This document shows, in pieces, positions 1 to 7,352 of a stretch of 64,000 nucleotides of DNA. The stretch comes from an uncultured Prolixibacteraceae bacterium (GTDB taxonomy: Bacteria; Bacteroidota; Bacteroidia; Bacteroidales; FEN-979). The stretch spans positions 16,051-80,050 of the forward strand of contig CAYVVG010000003.1 in NCBI GenBank assembly GCA_964455285.1, written 5' to 3'. The position numbers and the translations under genes are program-made. The notes below the pieces were generated by a model, which saw nothing but the letters and a program-made list of their open reading frames with translations, was not told where the DNA came from and did not search any database. Position 1 is the first letter of the stretch, and each line of letters starts with the position of its first letter.

Positions 1-3000
1 ATATCGCCGCGCAGAAAATACCCAAAGAGCCGGGTACGGGCCCCGAACCCGAAACCTTCAACGAGCGGCTCTTTCTGCATCTCTACTTTGATCCACAGGG
101 GCCCCCGGTAAATATACCGCGTAAAGAGCTGATTATCCGACGACCATGGAGTTACACCCGTCCAGGCCGTCCCGGCATCCCCGAAAGCGACCAGCTGGAA
201 GTTGTTGATGAAGTCGGAACGAATGGGGCGGTTGAAGAGGTAGCGGAAGACCGGCCAGCGGAGCTCGGTGTTGAAAACGACGAAACTGTTGCCGTTGCGG
301 ATGTTCTGCGTGAACCCGCGCATGTTGGTGGCCAGGGTCTGGAAGGCATACGACTGGTCGGTGGCAACCGGAACGTCGTTGTTGTAAACCGGGAACAGCC
401 AGTTGTCCACTCCTCCCATATAGTAAAGCAACTTGTTGCTGCCAAAGGAGGTGCTGCCCGCCAGCCGGTTGGCCCACACCAGGGTGCGGTGAAGCCGCTG
501 GTAGTTCCGCAGGTCAAAACCCAGCACCACCACGTTGTTCCCTTTCCGGTTGAGCACGTGGTAATATTCCCCGAAGATCTTGTACCGGGTTCCGTGAAAC
601 AGGTTCAGCCCGAGGCTCCGGGTGTTGTCGTAGGTCAATTCCCCTTTCAGGCTTCCCCATACATCATGCCGGTCGGGTTCCCGGAGGTTTGCCTGGTCGG
701 TCGAAAGGAAGACACTGCGGTCATACCGCAGCGACGCCGTTCCTTTCAGGTTCAGCACCGGGTTGAAGGGATAAGTAGTCACGTAATACAGTTCATGGAT
801 CCGGTGCCTGACGATGGAATAATATCCTGTTTCTTCGACCGATTTCCGGTGAAAGACGATCTGGTGGTCGAGACGGCGCCTGTAATTGCCATAACTGAAA
901 AGATACTCGTTGTTGATCAGGTTGACGTTGAGCCTTACCCCCCCGCTGATCCGGTAGTCCTCCATAAGGTCGGTCACCCCGGCCATGAAGAGGGCATTCA
1001 GACCCGGGTTGATGAAAACGGGGGTCTGGCTTCCGGTAAATGGCTGGTAGGCAAAATTCAGGTAGGTAAAGTCGATCTGGGTGACCATCTGGTCGATGTA
1101 ATACTCGACATTGTAATTCAGCTGTTTGGCATTCCGGTATGGGTCGGCCGTATCCCTCCGGACCCCGGACAGGGTGGCCGGCTGCAGCCGCGCGGTGGGA
1201 ATGTCCGCACGAAAGAAGCTGGCGCGTTCACCGGAAACGGCTCCCTGGCCCCCGGTCCCGGTCCGTTGCGACGCCGAATCTGCGGGGGGGGCCTCGGCCG
1301 TCGCCGGGACCGGCTGCCTGACCACGCGGAAATGCTTTTTTTGTGCAATCCGGAACGGTTCCGCCGGAGGTGCGACACTATCGCGACGGGTGATCTCCGC
1401 GCCGGTCATAACGGGGGCCACCTTTTCGGGGAGAAGATGGGCCGGCTGTGATTCGGCCCTGGGCAGGTTTTCGGGAAGGACCCTGTCGTACAAGTAAATA
1501 CGGTAGTTGCGGTCCCGGTAAAGGATCTCTCCCGTCCGCGCACCCCGCATCGAAACATCGTGTTCGAGGATGCTCCGTGAATAGTTGGTCACAGGGAAGG
1601 AGGTGGTGAAATACCGGTAATGGGCGGTGGTGTCGATGTAGGCGATGGTGCTGTCGTACCGGCCCAGGTACCGGTTGACGATCCCGTTCCGGTCGCTCAG
1701 GAAACAAAAGTACCGGTCGGCATAGGGAAGCGGCTGCGTTTCGTGGGCATCGGTGGTGCTGGTCAGCCTTTGCAGCACGTTGCGTTTGGACGCGTAGTTA
1801 TACAGGAACAGGTCGTTCAGATACCGCATTTTTTCGGCCTTCACCGGTTCGTCGAACCGGATGGTGTCGCCCGGCCGGTTGGACGAAAAGATGATCCCCG
1901 AGGAATGGTTGATAAAGCGCGGATGGAGGTCGTCCCAACGGTCGCGCGTGATCTGTTCATGCGATCCGGAGGCGATGTTGAAGACGAAGATGTCCGACTG
2001 TCCCTTTTGTACCGCCGACAAGACCAGCAGGGTGCCGTCGTCGGAATAGGACATGTCGAGCACCTTCTGGAAGTTGACCAGAAGCTGGTGCTCCAGGAGC
2101 TTTTCGCCGGTGTGGTAGAAATAGAGCCATAGTCCCCCTTTTCTCTCCACCAGGAAAGCCAGGACCTCTCCCGAAGGATGCCAGGCCACCAGCGGGTACG
2201 AGTCGTCGGGGCGGTCGGCCAGGCGGTACCCCCCGCGGAACACCCGTCTCTTTTTCCCGGTCTCCGCATCCTGGATGATCACTTTATAGATCCCGAGCTG
2301 CAGGGTGGCATAGGCGATCTTTTGTCCGTCGGGACTGATCTTCAGGGAATGGAACAACCGGTCGGGTTTGTTCCGGTTGTTCACCGGGGGACCCGCGGGC
2401 AAGTCGCGGCTTGCCTCCTGTTCCCTGTAGAACTTTTTATAGAAGGCCAGCCATTCCTGGACGATGCCCTGGAACCCCGTTCCCAGCACGTACTGGAACC
2501 CGCGTTCCACATTCCGGCTGAGCCGGGCCATATACACGATGTTGGGGATGGTGGCGGGACCGTACCTGATGGCGATGTAATGCCAGAGCGAATGCCCCGC
2601 ATACGTAGCCTCCTCGCCCGTAAGACCGTTGAACTTGTCGTATTTCCGGTTGAGGATGGCATCGCGGACCTGGTTCTCGATGCCGGCATCCCATTTTCTT
2701 GAGATGAACGATACCAGCCCGTTGATGTACCAATCGGGCACGGTGAAAAGCGCGGTATTCTTGATCTGCGCCCCGATCCCGGTCCCGTAGATCATGTTGT
2801 TGAGGATCACCTGGGCAATCCCGGCCCGGATCTGCCGGTCGAAATGCTCATAACTTCCGTCGAAAAAGAGCAGCACCCGTCCGCCGATGATCCGGGTCAC
2901 CCCGCCGGTGTTGTAATAGTCCCAGTCGCCAAACAGTCCGATATTGCTCTGCTTGAGGTCCGACAGGGTGTTGAAGATGATGAACTGCACCTTCTCGCCG

Positions 3001-3290
3001 AGTGTTGCCTGCAGGTCGAGTTCAATCTCCCGGTAGTGTTTTTCGGCATATTCGGCCGCATACAGGGCCAGTTCCCTCCCATTCTGATAAAAATAGGTAT
3101 CGAACTTCTCAAACCGGAAATTGAGCCAGAGGAAGTCGGAATACTGTACGCGGCTTTTCCCGAAAGTAAGCTGGGAGCCGTTATAGAACTGGGCCTGCAG
3201 GAGAAATGACGGCAGCAGGAACAACCCCAGGCAGACCGCGATCCTGGCAGGAAACAAAAATCCGCGGTTCGCTGTGTCGGCCGGTGTCAT
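1..3290 (-). CDS. Large secreted/outer-membrane protein with a TolB-like (PD40) beta-propeller region and a C-terminal beta-barrel-like region; the C-terminus runs off the left window edge
   Basis: My own minus-strand translation starts at ATG 3290-3288 and gives MTPADTANRGFLFPARIAVCLGLFLLPSFLLQAQ, which looks like a signal peptide. The frame is open everywhere I spot-checked (3290-3180, 2360-2281, 1500-1441, 130-1). The ORF is absent from the ORF track because it has no stop inside the window, and no listed minus ORF in 1-3290 uses this frame. SLKISPDGQKIAYATL (about 2299-2346) is a PD40/TolB-type repeat. The last visible residues, GFGFGARTRLFGYFLRGDI, look like Omp85-type barrel strands. 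Confidence 0.6.
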   Translation of the reverse strand, partial: MTPADTANRGFLFPARIAVCLGLFLLPSFLLQAQFYNGSQLTFGKSRVQYSDFLWLNFRFEKFDTYFYQNGRELALYAAEYAEKHYREIELDLQATLGEKVQFIIFNTLSDLKQSNIGLFGDWDYYNTGGVTRIIGGRVLLFFDGSYEHFDRQIRAGIAQVILNNMIYGTGIGAQIKNTALFTVPDWYINGLVSFISRKWDAGIENQVRDAILNRKYDKFNGLTGEEATYAGHSLWHYIAIRYGPATIPNIVYMARLSRNVERGFQYVLGTGFQGIVQEWLAFYKKFYREQEASRDLPAGPPVNNRNKPDRLFHSLKISPDGQKIAYATLQLGIYKVIIQDAETGKKRRVFRGGYRLADRPDDSYPLVAWHPSGEVLAFLVERKGGLWLYFYHTGEKLLEHQLLVNFQKVLDMSYSDDGTLLVLSAVQKGQSDIFVFNIASGSHEQITRDRWDDLHPRFINHSSGIIFSSNRPGDTIRFDEPVKAEKMRYLNDLFLYNYASKRNVLQRLTSTTDAHETQPLPYADRYFCFLSDRNGIVNRYLGRYDSTIAYIDTTAHYRYFTTSFPVTNYSRSILEHDVSMRGARTGEILYRDRNYRIYLYDRVLPENLPRAESQPAHLLPEKVAPVMTGAEITRRDSVAPPAEPFRIAQKKHFRVVRQPVPATAEAPPADSASQRTGTGGQGAVSGERASFFRADIPTARLQPATLSGVRRDTADPYRNAKQLNYNVEYYIDQMVTQIDFTYLNFAYQPFTGSQTPVFINPGLNALFMAGVTDLMEDYRISGGVRLNVNLINNEYLFSYGNYRRRLDHQIVFHRKSVEETGYYSIVRHRIHELYYVTTYPFNPVLNLKGTASLRYDRSVFLSTDQANLREPDRHDVWGSLKGELTYDNTRSLGLNLFHGTRYKIFGEYYHVLNRKGNNVVVLGFDLRNYQRLHRTLVWANRLAGSTSFGSNKLLYYMGGVDNWLFPVYNNDVPVATDQSYAFQTLATNMRGFTQNIRNGNSFVVFNTELRWPVFRYLFNRPIRSDFINNFQLVAFGDAGTAWTGVTPWSSDNQLFTRYIYRGPLWIKVEMQKEPLVEGFGFGARTRLFGYFLRGD

Positions 3291-3369
3291 ACAAGGTCAG
3301 GCAGGGAATTGGATCGAATGCGCTAAGGTACGATTATTTTCATTTGGGGGCCATTCCGGGCCATTTTCA

Positions 3370-3377
3370 TACCTTTG
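3370..3377 (+). promoter_or_regulatory. Candidate Bacteroidota -7 promoter box (TAnnTTTG) for the MBL-fold gene
   Basis: TACCTTTG lies about 22 nt upstream of the ATG at 3400, inside a 109-nt divergent intergenic region. Confidence 0.35.
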
Positions 3378-3399
3378 CGCCCGCATTTGACCTTTTCCG

Positions 3400-4038
3400 A
3401 TGATCATTGTCAAGAAATTCGTTTTCAATACCTTCATGGTAAACTCCTACCTGCTGTGCGACGAAACCGGCGAGGCCGTGCTGATCGATGCAGCCTGTTA
3501 CGGAGGGGATGAGGAGGATCAGCTCCGTGAATGGCTTACTGTCCACAACCTGAAACTGGTAAGAAATCTCAACACCCATTGCCACATCGACCACATTCTC
3601 GGTAACGGATTCATTGCCAGGGAATTCGGTGTGGGGCCCGAATACCATGCCGGTTCCCTTCCTCTCTTTCATACCGCCCGCGAGATCGGGTACTCTTTCG
3701 GTTTCGAGATCAGCGAAATTCCGGCGCCGGCCCGCATGCTCTCCGACGGGGAGACCATCCGCTGGGGCCATTCCTCGCTGGAGGTGTTGTTCACCCCCGG
3801 CCATGCGGCGGGAAGCGTTTGCTTTTACAACCGGGAACAGGGGTTTGTGATCACCGGGGATGTCCTGTTCAAAGATACCATCGGACGGACCGATCTGCCC
3901 ACGGGTGCCTTTGATCAGCTGATGAACAGCATCCGCAACCGGTTGTTTATGCTGCCGCCCGAAACGGTGGTCCATCCGGGTCACGGCCCGGAAACGACGA
4001 TCGGGTACGAGATGGCGAATAATCCGTTTATACGGTGA
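3400..4038 (+). CDS. MBL-fold metallo-hydrolase (hydroxyacylglutathione hydrolase-like)
   Basis: 212-aa ORF with the HxHxDH metal motif in NTHCHIDHILG. TPGHAAGSV and HPGHGPETTIG are typical of glyoxalase-II-like MBL proteins. Confidence 0.85.
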   Translation: MIIVKKFVFNTFMVNSYLLCDETGEAVLIDAACYGGDEEDQLREWLTVHNLKLVRNLNTHCHIDHILGNGFIAREFGVGPEYHAGSLPLFHTAREIGYSFGFEISEIPAPARMLSDGETIRWGHSSLEVLFTPGHAAGSVCFYNREQGFVITGDVLFKDTIGRTDLPTGAFDQLMNSIRNRLFMLPPETVVHPGHGPETTIGYEMANNPFIR

Positions 4039-4043
4039 GGGAT

Positions 4044-4067
4044 ACAGGCGCAATATATTGCGCCTGT
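4044..4067. terminator. Perfect 10-bp stem hairpin between the MBL gene and the GT9 gene (no U-tract)
   Basis: ACAGGCGCAA-TATA-TTGCGCCTGT begins 6 nt after the stop codon at 4036-4038. No T-run follows, so terminator function is uncertain. Confidence 0.3.
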
Positions 4068-4092
4068 ACTGATGAGTGTTGAGTGGAAAGAT

Positions 4093-5121
4093 ATGAAAAA
4101 GATCCTGGTGGTCCGGTTCAGTTCGATCGGGGACATTGTCCTCACGAGCCCGGTCGTGCGGTGCCTGAATGAGCAGATCCCGGGAGCTGAGGTCCACTAT
4201 CTTACCAAAAAAGAGAACGAACCCATCCTCCGGGGGAACCCGAACATCACCAGGATCTGGCTTTACGACGGCGATTTTTCCCTTCTGATCGCGCACCTCC
4301 GGAAGGAAAGGTTTGATTTCATCGCCGACCTGCACCGCAATTTCCGTTCACAGTATGTCCGTTTCCGGCTGGGTGCCGGATCGGCCACCTTCCCGAAATT
4401 GAATGTCAGGAAGTACCTGGCCGTCCGGTTCCATCTCGACCTCCTTCCCGACGTCCACATCGTCGACCGCTATTTCGCGGCTGTCGGGCCCCTGGGGGTG
4501 AAGAACGACGGCAATGGTCTCGACTATTTCATTCCCGCCGGCGAGCAGGATGCGGCTGACAGTCTTCCCCTTAACCATCAAGCGGGATACATTGCGGTGG
4601 TCATCGGCGGGAAACACGCCACCAAGATCTTCCCGGCCGACCGCGTGGCCGAACTGTGCCGGCGGCTCGATCGCCCGGTGGTCCTCCTTGGATCGTCGGA
4701 CGACCGGCCGCGCGGGGAGCAGATCCGCGAAGCGGCCGGCGACCTGGTTTATAACGCCTGCGGGCGCTTCAGCCTCAACGGTTCGGCTTCGCTGGTGCAT
4801 TCGGCATCGGCCGTGGTCACCAACGACACGGGGCTGATGCATGTGGCGGCCGCTTTCCGCAAGCCGGTCGTCTCCTTCTGGGGAAACACCGTACCCGGGT
4901 TCGGCATGTATCCTTACCTGCCGGGCGGACCGGAGCCGATGCTGGCCGAGGTCGAAGGCTTGAGATGCCGTCCCTGCAGCAAGCTGGGATTCGCGGAGTG
5001 TCCGAAAAAGCATTTCCGGTGCATGCGCGACATCGACCTGGGGCCGGTGGTGGGGTACCTGCGGGATGTACCCACCCCCTGCCCCCTCCCTACAAGCGGA
5101 CAAGCGGACAAGCGGACCTGA
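4093..5121 (+). CDS. Glycosyltransferase family 9 (LPS heptosyltransferase-like)
   Basis: MKKILVVRFSSIGDIVLTSPVVRCLNEQIPGAEVHYLTKK is a classic GT9 N-terminus, and TNDTGLMHVAAAF is the GT9 C-terminal motif. The ORF track starts at 4072; the ATG at 4093 (MKKIL) looks more typical. The last ~15 codons are encoded by repeat DNA. Confidence 0.85.
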   Translation: MKKILVVRFSSIGDIVLTSPVVRCLNEQIPGAEVHYLTKKENEPILRGNPNITRIWLYDGDFSLLIAHLRKERFDFIADLHRNFRSQYVRFRLGAGSATFPKLNVRKYLAVRFHLDLLPDVHIVDRYFAAVGPLGVKNDGNGLDYFIPAGEQDAADSLPLNHQAGYIAVVIGGKHATKIFPADRVAELCRRLDRPVVLLGSSDDRPRGEQIREAAGDLVYNACGRFSLNGSASLVHSASAVVTNDTGLMHVAAAFRKPVVSFWGNTVPGFGMYPYLPGGPEPMLAEVEGLRCRPCSKLGFAECPKKHFRCMRDIDLGPVVGYLRDVPTPCPLPTSGQADKRT

Positions 5122-5150
5122 ATCGTCAATCGTAAATCTTAAATCGTAAA
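5092..5150. repeat. Tandem 8-mer ACAAGCGG x3 (5092-5115) followed by AATCGTnAATC-type word repeats (5122-5150)
   Basis: Read directly: acaagcgg acaagcgg acaagcgg acc tga atcgtcaatcgtaaatcttaaatcgtaaat. The second block recurs at 22891-22929, and in degenerate form at 40231-40257. Confidence 0.8.
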
Positions 5151-5918
5151 TTGTTCACCGACACCCATACCCACCTCTATTCGGACGAATTCGACTCCGA
5201 CCGTCCCCGGGCGATCCGCAGGGCCGTGGAGAACGGGGTCACCCGCATGTACCTGCCGGCCATCGACTCGGGGTGGCACGGGAAGATGCTGGAGGTGTGC
5301 CGCGAGTACCCGGGCCAGTGCTTTCCGATGATGGGGCTGCATCCCACTTCGGTGAAACCGGATTATCCGGTCGAGATGGCCCTTGTGGAGAGATATCTTT
5401 CCGATCCGGAGTTGAAATTCCATGCCATCGGCGAGGTGGGGATCGATCTCTACTGGGATAAAACCCATGAAGCCGAACAACGGACCGTTTTCGGTATGCA
5501 CCTCGACCTTGCCCTGCGGCATGATCTTCCGTTGGTGATCCATACCCGCAATTCCATGGATATCGCCCTGCAGATGATCGAAGAACGAAAGGATCCGGGC
5601 CTTCGCGGCGTGTTCCATTGTTTCAGCGGCAACCGGGCGCAGGCAGATCGGGCGATCGCGCTCGGCTTCCTGCTCGGAATCGGCGGAGTGGTTACCTACA
5701 AGAATTCGGGGTTGCAGGCGGTGGTGGAGCACACCCCCCCGGAACACCTGCTCCTCGAGACCGACGCGCCGTGGCTGCCGCCGGTGCCTTACAGGGGGCA
5801 GCGGAACGAGCCATCATACCTGCCGCTGGTCGCGACGAGGATCGCAGAAATTAAATCCGTATCTTTGGAAGTGATCGCCTCGGCGACCACCGAAAACGCG
5901 CGGAGGCTGTTCGGGTGA
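5151..5918 (+). CDS. tatD: TatD family metal-dependent hydrolase/DNase
   Basis: TTG start. FTDTHTHLY at the N-terminus, EVGIDLYW, VIHTRNS, FHCFSG and LLETDAPWLPP match the TatD motifs. Confidence 0.85.
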   Translation: MFTDTHTHLYSDEFDSDRPRAIRRAVENGVTRMYLPAIDSGWHGKMLEVCREYPGQCFPMMGLHPTSVKPDYPVEMALVERYLSDPELKFHAIGEVGIDLYWDKTHEAEQRTVFGMHLDLALRHDLPLVIHTRNSMDIALQMIEERKDPGLRGVFHCFSGNRAQADRAIALGFLLGIGGVVTYKNSGLQAVVEHTPPEHLLLETDAPWLPPVPYRGQRNEPSYLPLVATRIAEIKSVSLEVIASATTENARRLFG

Positions 5919-5978
5919 CCGTATGGACACGGAGACGGTATGGTTGTACTTTTTAATTTGTAATTTTTAATTTCCATT

Positions 5979-7007
5979 ATGATCGGACAAACCAGCATCC
6001 TTGTCATTTACACCGGCGGCACCATCGGGATGGTACAGGATCCGAAGACCCTGACCCTGCGGCCGCTCACCTTTGATATCCTGTACAAGTACCTGCCGGT
6101 CCTGGAGAATTTCGATTGCCGGATCGATTTTTACACCTTCGAGCCGCTGCTCGATTCCTCCAACATGAATCCGGCATTCTGGATCCACCTGGCCGGCGTG
6201 ATCAGTGAGAAGTACGAGGATTACGACGGCTTTGTCGTGCTTCACGGCTCCGACACCATGGCCTACACCGCCTCAGCTTTAAGCTTCATGCTCGAGAATC
6301 TCAACAAGCCGGTCATCTTCACCGGGTCGCAGCTCCCCATCGGGATGGTGCGCACCGACGGCCGCGAGAATTTCATCAACTCGGTCGAGATCGCCGCTGC
6401 GAAGGAATTCGATACACCGATGGTTCCCGAGGTGGCCATCTGTTTCGAGAACAAGCTTTACCGAGCCAACCGCACCTCGAAGCTCAATGCCGAAAATTTC
6501 AAGGCCTTCGTTTCCGGTAATTACCCGCTGCTGGGAGAGGTGGGGGTGCATATCAAATACTACCGCGACCTGATCATGAAGCCCAATTTCAAGAAACTGA
6601 AGGTGTCGCTGGAACTCGACGAGAACATCTCGATCCTGAAGCTCTTCCCCGGGATCTCGCCCCATTCTGTTGAGGCGATCCTGAACACGAAAGGGCTGAA
6701 GGCCGTGATCCTGGAGACCTTCGGTGCGGGCAACGCCCCCACGGTGCCGTGGTTCCTGGAGCAGTTGCAGGACGCGGTAAACCGGGGCATCATCGTGTTC
6801 AACGTGACCCAGTGCAAAGGCGGGGCGGTGGAGATGGGCAAGTACGAGACCAGTGCGGCGCTGGGCAAACTCGGGGTGATCGGCGGGTTTGACATCACCA
6901 CCGAGTCGGCCGTCACCAAGCTGATGTACCTGCTCGGGTGCGGCTATTCGACCGACAGCGTGAAGCAGTTGCTGCAGACTTCGCTGCGGGGCGAAATGAC
7001 CGTTTGA
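5979..7007 (+). CDS. ansA: Type I L-asparaginase
   Basis: ILVIYTGGTIGM carries the catalytic Thr motif. HGSDTMAYTASALSF and the GFDITTESAVTKLMYLL tail are typical of cytoplasmic asparaginase I. 342 aa. Confidence 0.9.
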   Translation: MIGQTSILVIYTGGTIGMVQDPKTLTLRPLTFDILYKYLPVLENFDCRIDFYTFEPLLDSSNMNPAFWIHLAGVISEKYEDYDGFVVLHGSDTMAYTASALSFMLENLNKPVIFTGSQLPIGMVRTDGRENFINSVEIAAAKEFDTPMVPEVAICFENKLYRANRTSKLNAENFKAFVSGNYPLLGEVGVHIKYYRDLIMKPNFKKLKVSLELDENISILKLFPGISPHSVEAILNTKGLKAVILETFGAGNAPTVPWFLEQLQDAVNRGIIVFNVTQCKGGAVEMGKYETSAALGKLGVIGGFDITTESAVTKLMYLLGCGYSTDSVKQLLQTSLRGEMTV

Positions 7008-7024
7008 AATATGGAATTATTTTG

Positions 7025-7032
7025 TACTTTTG
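7025..7032 (+). promoter_or_regulatory. Candidate -7 box (TACTTTTG) upstream of tRNA-Ser
   Basis: TACTTTTG lies about 90 nt upstream of the tRNA 5' end. The same octamer recurs at 33083 and 37835 in front of other genes. Confidence 0.3.
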
Positions 7033-7120
7033 CACACCCATCCCCACACCCACACCCACACCCAAAGCACACCTGCCTGCCGGCAGGCAGGCCCACACTC
7101 AAACCCAAACCCAAACCCTC
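7033..7120. repeat. Simple-sequence cassette: ACACCC hexamers, a 20-bp perfect palindrome, then AAACCC x3
   Basis: ACACCC x3 at 7046-7063, plus a copy at 7034-7039. CCTGCCTGCCGGCAGGCAGG at 7072-7091 is its own reverse complement. AAACCC x3 at 7101-7118. Confidence 0.85.
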
Positions 7121-7123
7121 TTC

Positions 7124-7211
7124 GGAGAGGTGTCCGAGTGGTCGAAGGAGCACGCCTGGAAAGTGTGTGTACCTCAAAAGGGTACCCTGGGTTCGAATCC
7201 CAGTCTCTCCG
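7124..7211 (+). tRNA. tRNA-Ser (anticodon GGA), class II with long variable arm
   Basis: Hand-folded. Acceptor stem GGAGAGG/TCTCTCC. D stem TCC/GGA. Anticodon stem CACGC/GTGTG with loop CTGGAAA (anticodon GGA). Variable arm GTACC-TCAAAAG-GGTAC. T arm CTGGG-TTCGAAT-CCCAG. Discriminator G. CCA is not encoded. Confidence 0.9.
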
Positions 7212-7212
7212 C

Positions 7213-7249
7213 AAAACAAAAACCCGCAGCGAAGCGGGTTTTTTGTTTG
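7213..7249 (+). terminator. Rho-independent terminator after tRNA-Ser
   Basis: AACCCGC-AGCGAA-GCGGGTT is followed by TTTTGTTTG. The flanking A-run and T-run extend the stem. Confidence 0.8.
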
Positions 7250-7352
7250 AAGCAAAGCGGAAGCTTGCTTCCAGATTTGCGGAAAACGAAAAACCGGCAC
7301 GCAGTGCGCGGGGATGGTTTATCACCGTATCTTTGTTTAAAAGCCGATTCCA

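Noticed and set aside
489-3209. Plus-strand ORFs in 1-3.3 kb (for example 489-1451 of 320 aa, 1620-2132, 2178-2702, 2844-3209)
   Set aside because: All are antisense to the long unlisted minus-strand ORF (1-3290), which has a signal peptide and a PD40 repeat. None of them has a recognisable motif.
3367-4335. A 322-aa minus-strand ORF spanning the MBL gene and the start of the GT9 gene
   Set aside because: It crosses an intergenic hairpin and two well-supported plus-strand genes, and its composition is that of a shadow ORF.
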